DNA from: Octopus vulgaris
Lineage: Eukaryota
Direction of reading: 5' to 3'
Assembly: GCA_951406725.2 (NCBI GenBank)
Contig: OX597818.1
Location: 144,770,001-144,834,000 of the forward strand
DNA length: 64,000 bases
A program made the translations under genes and the position numbers. Shown piece by piece: positions 1-10,439 of the stretch (positions are counted from its first letter, which is position 1; every line of letters begins with the position of its first letter). The notes under the pieces were generated by a model. It ran no database searches and was not told the origin of the DNA. It saw only the letters and a program-made list of their open reading frames with translations.

Positions 1-132
1 TCCAAGCTTTCTTTGATAGTTTAAGAGCAGAAGTGTGTGACAAGAACATCACTGTGAGTGTCTTAAGTCCAAGCTATATCCATACTAATATTTCTATAAA
101 TGCTGTACGCGCAGATGGATCACAACATAATG
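1..132 (+). CDS. DHRS7B: Short-chain dehydrogenase/reductase DHRS7B, penultimate coding exon (5' part outside window)
   Basis: Frame starting at base 3 reads [43 protein letters not shown], resembling the DHRS7B segment QAFFDCLRAE...SPGYIHTNLS.NA..ADGS. Donor G|GTAAGT at 132/133 (phase 1). Confidence 0.9.
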
Positions 133-671
133 GTAAGTCCTTTAGTTAATTCCTTCTATACTTATTTTTCCCACTCAGCTTGTTTATCTGATATTGCCAT
201 TTCTGTCTGTCTCTTACCTGACTGAGTAATATATTTGTTTCTTCTCCCATGTATGTGTATAGTTGCACATGTGTAGATGTGAGATGAGTGGATAAGATAT
301 TGGGCTTCATGCTCATGCATTGTGAGTTCAAATCGGCTCAGGTTATTTTGTTGTATTTCTGAGGAGAATGCTATAGCCACAATACCTCAGTCTGTTTTAT
401 TGTTGGGAATTGATACCCAAGTTTCTAGGATTTATGTAAAACATTTCATGATGTATATGTATGGTTTTAGAAGAGGTACACCATGCCTTTGCATGTCATA
501 AGATGTAGCTAAATGGGTTGGCACCACAAAAGGCATCTGCTCATAAAACACTGCTTCAAAAAGTCCTAACCAACTCATGCTAGCATGGAAAAGCAGATAT
601 AAGAACAATGATTTTAAATATATAAGATTTGTGAAGAACTGGTTAGGTTTGATCTAAGAATGTTGAACTTA

Positions 672-1105
672 GGCGCAAGAGTGGCTGTGTGGTAAGAAGG
701 TGCAGGAGTCTATTCAGTAAGAAGCTTGTTTCCCAACCACATGGTTCTGGGTTCAGTCCCACTGTATGACACCTTGGGCACGTCTTCTACTATAACCTCT
801 GATCAACCAAAGCCTTGTGAGTGGATTTGGTAGATGGAAACTGAAAGAATCCCATCATATACACACACACACATATATATATATGTGTGTGGGTGTCTAT
901 GTTTGTTCCTCCCACCATTGCTCGACAACCGGTGTCGGTGTGTTTACACTCCTGTAACTTTCTTTTGCTTAATAATAAAAGATGCTGATAGAATAAGTAC
1001 TAGTCTTACAAAGAATAAGTCCTGGTGTCAGTTTGTTCAACTAAAGGCAGTGCACCAGCATGGCCACAGTCAGATGACTGAAACAAGTAAAGAAGAAGAT
1101 TAAAT
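672..1105 (+). mobile_element. tRNA-derived SINE (family A) in the last DHRS7B intron
   Basis: A-box-like TGGCTGTGTGG, B-box-like GGTTCAGTCC, body with caccttgggca and internal (CA)/(TA) repeats, tail gactgaaacaagtaaag. Related copies lie near 1500-1720, 2712-3090, 30505-30925 and 40200-40425 on the minus strand. Confidence 0.8.
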
Positions 1106-1801
1106 GACCCTGGATTGAGAGAAGTGTAACAATACTATATTGCAAATCTGTTTAGTCAATGCTACAAGGGATAAATGAATATTAGAGCAGTGTTGACAAT
1201 GAGTACGAGGGTCTAAAATAAACATAGCTGTTCTGCTTTACTTTCCTTCCTTCAGGAACCTTGAAAAGGATGTGATGGGATATTCTTTTTTCTCTGTTTT
1301 AAAGCATTGCTCATGAACTTGGTAGGTCGTTTGAGATTAATATGGTTGATGTTTGGTTTAAATATTTGTAAACTGACTCCTGCAATTAACAGCTCAGCGG
1401 CCAGACAAGCTTTCATGTATGATTTGTAAACAAACAACTCGCAACTGTTTTTGTATGATGGTGACTTTTGTTTACAGTTGGTGTGAACATGTTAAACCGA
1501 GGAAAACACACACACACACACATGTTCAGTCAAACAGATACATGTATGATGGACTTCTTCCTGTTTCTGTCGACCAAATTTCTCTTACCAATCTTTGGTC
1601 AGCCACAGCATAGTCACCATCAGCTGACAGTGTGACAATGTCCATACAGAGGTTGTGAACTCTAAACCATGTGGTTCCAATAAAAACTTCTTGACCACAT
1701 GGCTATGTCTGTGCCTATGTTTGGGAGTTAAAATGTGATATTTCTTTTTTATTGTATCATGCTATTTAAAAATATAATTTCTTTCTTTCATATTTTTCTA
1801 G

Positions 1802-2013
1802 TTTTAGATAACTCAATTGCAAAAGGAATGAAAGCAGAATATGTTGCTCAACGTATTCTAGATATGGTTCTATGGAAAGAGCAAGATGTCTTACTTGGTC
1901 CTTTTCATCACAGAATTGCCTGCTATCTACGACCAATCTTCCCAAACATATTCTTTTATATAATGGCAAAGAGAGCATTAAAGGAGCGTAATGAATTTGA
2001 TAAGGAGAAGTAG
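1802..2013 (+). CDS. DHRS7B: DHRS7B last coding exon
   Basis: Pyrimidine tract and AG at 1800-1801. Phase-1 join gives V-LDNSIAKGMKAEYVAQRILDMVLWKEQDVLLGPFHHRIACYLRPIFPNIFFYIMAKRALKERNEFDKEK*, resembling the DHRS7B C-terminus ([22 protein letters not shown]). Confidence 0.9.
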
Positions 2014-2065
2014 AGTCCCTCATATTTGTTCATATAGTTTCCTAATTCCCTTTCTTTTGCTTAAT

Positions 2066-2071
2066 AATAAA
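2066..2071 (+). promoter_or_regulatory. Candidate polyadenylation signal of DHRS7B (second AATAAA at 2129-2134)
   Basis: AATAAA 52 nt after the stop codon. Confidence 0.55.
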
Positions 2072-2189
2072 ATTTCCTACAAACTGAAATGACATTAAGC
2101 CTTTTTGAATACATGACTACTAATTAAAAATAAATTGTTTTCTATTAAGGTTAAAGTCGTAACCATTTACAAAATGGTACGGTGAATAT

Positions 2190-4455
2190 CATCATCATCA
2201 TCATTTAATGTCTGCTTTCCATGCTGGCATGGATTGGACACTTTGACAGGAACTGGCTAGGCAGAAGACTGCACTAGGCTTCAATTTGGGCATGGCTTTT
2301 ACAGCTGGATGCCTTTCCTAACACCAACCATCCCACAGGGTGGACTGAGTGCTTTTTACATGGCACCAGCACAGGTAGGGTCAGCAAGTAACTTGCAAGA
2401 CAAAGAGCCTTTGAGAGGGAATGGCTTTGGAGGAGGTGGTCTTGTGCCAGATGATGAAAGGTTATTAGAGTGTGACTGAGAGACAGAAACAGGTGTCTTG
2501 CTGTAGAGGAGATACATGGTTACCCAGTCAGAGAGAAAGAGAGAGAGAGAGAGAGAGTGGTGAAGATTGAGGCCAGAAACAGGTGTGTTGCTGTAAAGGA
2601 GACACATGGTTAACCAGCGAGAGGAAGAGAGCAGGAGAGAGAGATGGTTGCGAAGTGCCAGGGCATACTCACACAGAATGGGGAACAAAATATAAATAGG
2701 ATGGTAGAGTTCTTTTATCTTTTACTTGTTTCAGTCATTTGATTATGGCCATGCTGGGGTACCACCTTGAAGGGTTTTAGTTGAACAAATTGACCCTAGG
2801 ACTTATTTTTTGAAGCCTAATTACTTATTCTATCTGTCTCTTTTTTCTGAACTGCTAAGTTATAGGGACGTAAACACACCACCACCAGTTGTCAAGCGGT
2901 GGTGGGGGACAAATATAGACACACACACACTTAGATATATACATACATATATACAACAATCTTCTTTCAGTTTCTGTCTACCAAAACCACTCACAGGGCT
3001 TTGGTTGGCTGAAAGCTATAGTAGAAGACATGTGCCCAAGCTTCATACCACAAAGTCGAGATGGATGGTGGCAAGGTGCTAAGCCATACCCTTAAGGTAT
3101 GCAGGTCAGGATATAAATGGTAGGGTATTGCCATAGGTGCATGAGTAGGGAGTAGAAACTTCACATTAATGCAAAGAGTGTTGGGGTAGGGGAATGCAGT
3201 AACTGTTGAAACGTGGGTATATAAGGGGTGGGGGACAAGATAACAATGATTCAGTGAGTAGAGTAGTGAGGGCAGGATTGGAGAGCAAGAGATAAGCATA
3301 GTGCATGAAAAGAGGAAGAGATGTAGTTTGGTTTGTTGGGGTAAGGTGTGGGAAAAGCTTTATTGTTGTTACATGTGGGTGGAACACACAGCACTTCTAC
3401 AGCTGTTTTGCTGAAGTGGATGGGTTTTCTCAAGAACCTCATATTGCCAGACATTTTGGTCCATTGTCATCTCCCTGAGGCTCAACATCCTGAGAGTGGT
3501 CGTCACCGCTTCATCCCATGTCTTCCTTTTCCACAGGTGTCACTCATTTCCAGTGATCAGTGATTCTTTAATAATCTGTCCTCATTCATACAAATCACAT
3601 GTCCAAACCAACATAGTCTTTTGCACTTTGTCGTACATGCACACTGATGTTTCACACCCATCGGAGCATACTACCTTTATTCCTCTCGATGCATATCTTC
3701 TGCATTCAGAGCCCAGGTTTCACTGCATCATACAATCTACCTTTCACTTTGAGTGAGAGAGTCTTTTTGTTGCCAACAGAGGTAATAACTATCTGAACTT
3801 CCTCCATCCTATTCTTATTCTAGAAACAATACTTTGAGCATCTCCCACCATTGCTAATTTGGTTGCCTAGGTAACAGAAACTATCTACAACCTCAAGAGA
3901 GCTTCCTTGGGCATTTGAGACAGTCTAACCCCTGTTTGTCCCTAGTGCTTATTGTTCCTGCATATCTGCCACATACAAAGATACCTTTATCCGTTAATCT
4001 AGCTGTGATTCCACTGTACCTCTTGTGCATCCATAGCTTAAACTGGGTGCAGCAAATGGAATTACTTCCTACATATTGAGCAGGGCCATTTACCTAATGG
4101 AAAGAGTCTTATTTGCTATCTTGCTAACAACTTTTGTCTTCACTAGGTTAACTTTAAGGTCCTTTGATTCCAGGTTTTGCTTCCATACCTGAAATTTCTT
4201 CTCCAATTCTGCTATAGATTCTGCAATAAGAGTGAGGTCATCAGCATAAAGTAGTTCCCATGGCAATCTAGTTTTGAATTCCTCTGTTATGATCTGAAAG
4301 ACTGATAAATAAGAGTGGACTGTGAACTGAGCCCTGTTGGACACCTACTTGCATGCTAAATTCATCACTGTATTCATGGCTATTCTCATCCTACTGAAAG
4401 CACCGCTGTACATGGCTTGTGCAGCTTTAAAAAGCCACTCATTTACCCCTAACTT
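2190..4455 (-). mobile_element. Degenerate RTE-clade LINE, 3' portion, interrupted by a family A SINE at about 2712-3090
   Basis: ORF 4090-4344 reads ITEEFKTRLPWELLYADDLTLIAES...LESKDLKVNLVKTKV (RT YADD region). A downstream VDSFCYLG motif lies near 3865-3890. The 3' end is a (TGA)n-type tail, seen as catcat at 2190-2204 on the + strand. Confidence 0.75.
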
Positions 4456-4456
4456 T

Positions 4457-5145
4457 ATACATATATAAATATAAATATATACATATATGTACATACATAC
4501 ATATATATGTATATATACATGCATATATGGGTATAGGACATCAAACAAACGTAAACAAAATGAGAAACAACATAAAAAACAAAAACATAGAAAACGAACT
4601 TTTTTTCAAACAACGTAAAACAAACAGAGAAACGAGACATGCAACATATAGAATATTCCCTTCATCAGTTGTCCCCTGTTTTTATCTACTCCACATTTCA
4701 AAGGTAAGGACAAGACGCGACTTTGTTAAAGCAATCCTTCCCACAAAGCAAATTAAATACAATTTGGGATTTTTTGCAGAGGATGAAAGTGGTAACAAAA
4801 ACAGGAGAGTGAGAACAAAACAGTAAAAACAAACGGTGAGGGCTGTAAAGGTGATGTGAAGGGGTGGATGCTGGAAAAACGAGCTTTGAGAAGAGACAGA
4901 TAAAAGCACGTCTTGTCTTTAGGAAGGAAGTAGAAGAAAGAGTCAAGGAAGATTCGAAATGTGGAGTAGATAAAACAGGGGACAACTGATGGAGGGAATG
5001 TTCTTTATGTCTCGTTTCCCATTCTGTTTTTTTTATGTCCTGTACTCATATATGCATGTATATATACATATATATTAGGTATGTACATATTTATATATAT
5101 TATTATATGATTAAACACCACGCATCCTTTTCCAAGTAAGTTTTA
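4457..5145. mobile_element. Inverted-repeat (foldback) non-autonomous element
   Basis: 4500-4720 and 4908-5075 are imperfect reverse complements (ccttcatcagttgtcccctgtttttatctactccacatttc versus gaaatgtggagtagataaaacaggggacaactgatggagg). It abuts the RTE fragment. Confidence 0.65.
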
Positions 5146-5681
5146 TCTATCTATCTATCTACATATATATATATATGTATATATAGTCTTTAGGTTACAA
5201 ATGAGATCCATTCTTGTGTCTGGTCTGTAAGTCAAAGCAGTTACATATGATATGGTTTATAACTAGTAACAGAAAAATGTTTGTCTTAGTACACTACTGT
5301 GTTAAGTCTTGTTTCAAAGCTTTACTGTACTGTAGAATATATCTATAAAATTTCATCCAACATTATGGAGTTGACAGAGGTAAACAACATGTTTTTATAT
5401 AGCAAAATGAACTGATCTAATTAATTCCAACTAAATTTGAGAAATGATGACAATGATAAAAAATATTTATAAAATAAATTTTTCTACTTTTCTGCCTGTT
5501 TTCATTTCATATCACATTTGATGAATTATTGCATTGCCAGTTAAATGTGTCCAATGGGATAATCACAGCTTCACTGCATTTATGATAGGGAGTGTCAAGG
5601 GATTGTCTCTGCAACTTGGGCAGAACAATTTTTTATTCTAAAGCATTGGTTTTTTTTTTGCCAGAATTTATATACATGCAT

Positions 5682-5714
<33 letters not shown>

Positions 5715-6127
5715 GAGTATTGTAAGTGGTTTATGCCTAAAAAATTCCACTTACAATACAATGGTTAGCTGAAGGTTATGGTGGAAAATACTTGCCAAGT
5801 GTTGTGCTGTGGGATTGAAACTGGAACCACATTGGTAGTTTAGTGAAAGATGAACTAAGTGCAAAATAAATATCCTGTTTAATTCATACACTATCCATAA
5901 AGAATCCATTGGATTGCTTCTCAACTTTGGTTTCTCGGTGTTTCACCTTTTAAAGGTAAGTTTTCCAGAAAAGTCTAGTAGCTATTTTGCCTAGGTAAAC
6001 CTAGCTGACGTAGGAATAATGTTATACCCACCGACCACCCAAAAAAAAAAAATATCTGGAGTGAATTTGATCTCAAGCCAGTTTCTTTCTATCTAGTTTC
6101 ATGATTGATGTATTTCAAGGGGTCCAA

Positions 6128-6385
6128 ATCATCATCATTTAGCGTCTGCTTTCCATGCTAGCATGGGTTGGACGGTTCAACTGGGGTCTGGGAAGCCAGA
6201 AGGCTGCACCAGGCCCAGTCTGATCTGGCAGTGTTTCTACGGCTGGATGCGCTTCCTAACGCCAACCACTCCGTAAGTGTAGTGGGTGCTTTTTACGTGC
6301 GACCAGCACAGGTGCCAGACGAGGCTGGCAAACGGCCACGATCGGATGGTGCTTTTTTCGTGCCACCGGCATGGTGGCCAGACGA
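6128..6385 (-). mobile_element. SINE-like repeat with RTE-type 3' tail (family D)
   Basis: catcatcatttagcgtctgctttccatgctagcatgggttggacgg...ctggatgcgcttcctaacgccaaccactc. The same family occurs at about 45688-46030 (-), 49115-49465 (+) and 50450-51040 (+), with internal gccagtggcacgtaaaaagcacc subrepeats. Confidence 0.75.
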
Positions 6386-6903
6386 ATATATAGATATATA
6401 TATTCATATATATATATATATATATTCATATATACATACATGTATTCAGATACATATATATATACACACACACACATATATATATATATATATGAATATT
6501 CATGAATATATATATATACATATATATATCCATATATATATGAATATACATGAATATATATTCATATATATATGAATATATACATAATTGCTCCAGCATT
6601 GCCACAGCCTTTAGACTGAATATATATATATAAAAAGGACTGAAATATTCATATTTAATAAACTGAAAGCACACAAATAAATAAATAAATACAGGAAAAT
6701 TTCTGGGTGTCAAAGCATGTCTTTTTTTCTTCTTTTTTAATATAAATATAAATATTATTTCCTTTGAAGTTTGATGATCTGAGCTGCAGAGAGAGAAGTT
6801 TTCAAAAAAGTTCAAAGTAATCTCTACAGCATTAGTTAACACCTAACTACTCTATCAAAAAGGGGTTTTAGCATACTTTAGGTAAGCATAAACATTTCGA
6901 ATA

Positions 6904-8265
6904 TTAAGATGTTTTCTTTTTACGCTTTTTTTGAACAAGATAATTACCACTTTCAATAAAGTGAGGTCTTGGCCGTTCGTAATTAAACCCAGCGATTTTT
7001 TCAATGTTTTCAGATGTCAGTGGTCGAAGGATAATACCAGTAATGGCACTAATTTGGTTTTCACGAATCGTGAAACGTTGTCCTGATAAGAATACCATCG
7101 GTTTTCTCAGCAAGATCTTTGTTTTTAAAGTATCGCCTGGCATAATCAAAGGTATATTGTCCGGTAGATACACACAACAAGAAATATTCCAAGTTGCACT
7201 GTATAACAGTTGGATATATTTGTTGCTAATAGGTTTATTACGTCCTCCTTCAGCTGGAGTAAGAACGTAAATTTGCGCTTCAAACATATCATATTGTTTA
7301 AAAGTGTTAGGCTGAGCCAAAAACATACCTCGTAACACAGCTTCTTGGCGCATACCCCTTAGAAGCGCCCCTGCATTGTCACCGGCTGAACAAGATAAAA
7401 CTGAATTTTTGAAAATTTGTATATCAGATACAACAGATTTTAAAGAAGCACCGTGTCCCAGTATATCAACATTATTACCCTTTTTTAAAATACCTTGCTG
7501 GACAGTTCCGACGGCAACAGTACCTCGTCCTTTAATCGCTACAACCGAATCTACGGGGAAAAGAAACGGTGCTTCTACATTTCGATCAGGAATAATTATA
7601 TAGTCATCCATTGCTGTAATTAAGTTTTTAATGGACTTCTCAAATTGGGACACACCATTCAAAGCCTGAAGAGCCGATCCTAAAACAACGGGTGTGTTTT
7701 TTCCATCAAAGCCATACTCGTCTAACAATTCCCGAGTCTCTATTTCCACAAGTTCAGCTAATTCAGAATCAACTAAATCAATCTTATTGAGGAAAATAAC
7801 AATTCTTTCAATTCCTATTTGTTTTGCTAAAAGGAGATGTTCGCGGGTTTGCGGCATCGTTCCATCCGTGGCAGCCACAACCAAAATAGCTGCATCCATC
7901 TGCGAGGCACCCGTAATCATATTCTTGATGTAATCGACGTGGCCTGGACAGTCTATGTGAGCATAATGTCGACATAAACTTTCATACTGAACGAGAGCTG
8001 TGTTGATAGTAATTCCGCGCAGTCTTTCCTGGGGTGCGCGATCGATGTCTTCGTAGCAAGTGAACTTCGTCAAACCCTCTTTGGAAAGCACTTTAGTAAT
8101 AGCAGCAGTTAAAGTCGTCTTACCGTGGTCTATATGGCCGATCGTACCCACGTTGCAGTGTTCTTTATTCGACAGTTTACTGGAGAATTTTCTGAGAAGA
8201 TGTCTTCCTAATTTACGAATCCCTAATAAACCCTTCCTCGCGCAAAGACCGTAAATTAAGGCCAT
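6904..8265 (-). CDS. TUFM: Mitochondrial elongation factor Tu, EF-Tu2-type paralog (tufm-2 / mEFTu2-like), single exon, 453 aa
   Basis: Uninterrupted ORF with G1 [14 protein letters not shown]3 DCPGH, G4 NKID and G5 SAL, plus domains II and III ([26 protein letters not shown]). The N-terminus is Arg/Leu-rich and acid-free, like a mitochondrial presequence. The ORF-track start at 8274 is TTG; the first ATG is at 8265 in strong context (AGAATGG). Motifs SDIQIF, KYIQ.L.S.TWN and GRGTVAVG resemble arthropod and nematode EF-Tu2 as I recall them. Confidence 0.93.
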   Translation of the reverse strand: MALIYGLCARKGLLGIRKLGRHLLRKFSSKLSNKEHCNVGTIGHIDHGKTTLTAAITKVLSKEGLTKFTCYEDIDRAPQERLRGITINTALVQYESLCRHYAHIDCPGHVDYIKNMITGASQMDAAILVVAATDGTMPQTREHLLLAKQIGIERIVIFLNKIDLVDSELAELVEIETRELLDEYGFDGKNTPVVLGSALQALNGVSQFEKSIKNLITAMDDYIIIPDRNVEAPFLFPVDSVVAIKGRGTVAVGTVQQGILKKGNNVDILGHGASLKSVVSDIQIFKNSVLSCSAGDNAGALLRGMRQEAVLRGMFLAQPNTFKQYDMFEAQIYVLTPAEGGRNKPISNKYIQLLYSATWNISCCVYLPDNIPLIMPGDTLKTKILLRKPMVFLSGQRFTIRENQISAITGIILRPLTSENIEKIAGFNYERPRPHFIESGNYLVQKKRKKKTS

Positions 8266-8702
8266 TCTTGCCAAGGGTCACCCTTGAACCGACAGCGTCA
8301 CCTGGTGGTTCGCACTGCAAGTCCGATAACTCTAAATTACTATCTCCCTGTTGCCGGGGATCATAACAACAACGATTTCTTAACGATTTTATAATAACAA
8401 CAATAGCAATACTAACACAGCGTAGTTCATGGAATACATATGTGAACAGGGTTACAGGGTTGCCTTCGCCTACACGGTGCTCTTAAGTACATATAACTAA
8501 GAGATTGACTATGAAATCGAAACAAATAGAGGAAATACAAAAATAAACATGGGTATCAAGAAATAACGAAACGAATCTATAAAAGCTTAAAAATCACTTT
8601 TAAGTGCCATTAATACAGATTTTTCTTTTTAATTGCTCAACAACCCAGTTGTTTGAAATTATTACACTTGACGATCACTCCCCCCCACTCCCACCTAAAC
8701 AC

Positions 8703-9383
8703 ACATGTATGTATGTATGTATGTATGTATGTATGTATGTATGTATGCATGTATGTATGTATGCATGTATGTATGCATGTGTGTATGTATGTATGTATGT
8801 ATGTATGTATGCATGTATGTATGTATGTATGTAGGTATGTATGTATGTATGCATGTGTGTATGTATGTATGTATGCATGTATGTATGTATGTACGTACGT
8901 ATGTATGTATGTATGTATGTATGTATGTATGTATGTATGTATGTATGTATGTATGCATGTATATATGTATGTATGTATGTATGTTTGTATGTGTGTATGT
9001 ATGTATGCATGTATGTATGTATGTATGTATGTATGTATGTATGTATGTATGTATGTATGTATGTATGTATGTATGTATGTATGTATGTATGTATGTATGT
9101 ATGCATGTGTGTATGTATGTATGTATGTATGTATGTATGTATGTATGTATGTATGTATGTATGTATGTATGTATGTATGTAGGTATGTATGTATGTATGC
9201 ATGTGTGTATGTATGTATGTATGCATGTATGTATGTATGTACGTACGTATGTATGTATGTATGTATGTATGCATGTATATATGTATGTATGTATGTATGT
9301 TTGTATGTGTGTATGTATGTATGTATGTATGTATGTATGTATGTATGTATGTATGTATGTATGTATGTATGCATGTATGTATG

Positions 9384-9417
<34 letters not shown>

Positions 9418-9995
9418 TGTATGTATGTATGTATGTATGTATGTATGTATGTATGTATGTATGTATGTATGTATGTATATATGTATGTATGTATGTATGT
9501 ATATATGTATTGTATGTATGTATTGTATGTATGTATGTATGCATGTATATATGTATGTGTGTATGTATGTATGTATGTATGTATGTATGTATGTATGTAT
9601 GTATGTCTATGTATGTATGTATGTATGTGTGTATGTATGAATGTGTATGTATGTATGTATGTATGTATGTATGCATGTATGTATGTATGTATGTATGTAT
9701 GATTGTATGTATGTATGTATGTATGTATGTATGTATGTCTATGTATGTATGTATGTATGTATGTGTGTATGTATGAATGTGTATGTATGTATGTATGTAT
9801 GTATGTATGTATGTATGTATGTATGTGTGTATGTATGAATGTGTATGTATGTATGTATGTATGTGTGTATGTATGAATGTATGTATGTATGTATGTATGT
9901 ATGTATGTATGAATGTATGTGTGTATGTATGAATGTGTATGTATGTGTGTATGTATGAATGTATGTATGTATGTACGTACGTACGCACACCCACA
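8703..9995. repeat. About 1.3-kb (GTAT)n/(ATAC)n tetranucleotide array with higher-order duplications
   Basis: Seen directly. It is the source of all the MYVC/HTYI ORFs in the track. Confidence 0.98.
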
Positions 9996-10439
9996 TACAG
10001 TGCATATTAATAAAAATCAACAATGAAATAAAATACAAACCCTTTGTAAGAAAACGATAATTGTAAAATTCAATTGTTAGTAAAATATTTTTGTTGTATA
10101 ATTTCCAGCTTAAATAATGGATGAAAATGGAATTCCCAGATTGTTTGGGTTTCGTTATCAATCCTGCATTATATGAGCATAAAATGAAAGATCGCTGGGT
10201 TACATCTTCCGTATATATAGTCTGCTAATAAAAAAACATATATCAGAAAGAAGCACACTCTAAAGAATAGAGCAGTAATTATTACAAGAAAAATTTTAAT
10301 CTTTGACATAGAATTATCCAAGGTTTCGTTAGACACTACATAAATACAAAATGTTAAGTATCTACGATGCAGACGTGAGGAAACGCTTAGAACTCGAGGA
10401 ATACGTCTTAACCAAAAAAAAAAAGTTAATGAAGACGGG

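Noticed and set aside
3862-3875. Perfect RFX X-box-like GTTGCCTAGGTAAC
   Set aside because: It coincides with the CYLGN codons of the RTE relic and is far from any promoter.
6904-8265. EF-Tu as bacterial contamination or horizontal transfer
   Set aside because: It has a presequence-like N-terminus and metazoan EF-Tu2 signatures, sits among host repeats, and has no operon neighbours.
8266-8274. ORF-track start MAR for EF-Tu
   Set aside because: The codon is TTG; the ATG at 8265 has strong eukaryotic context.
8604-10161. Long ORFs of up to 439 aa (MYVC/HTYI repeats)
   Set aside because: They are translations of the stop-free (GTAT)n array, not genes.
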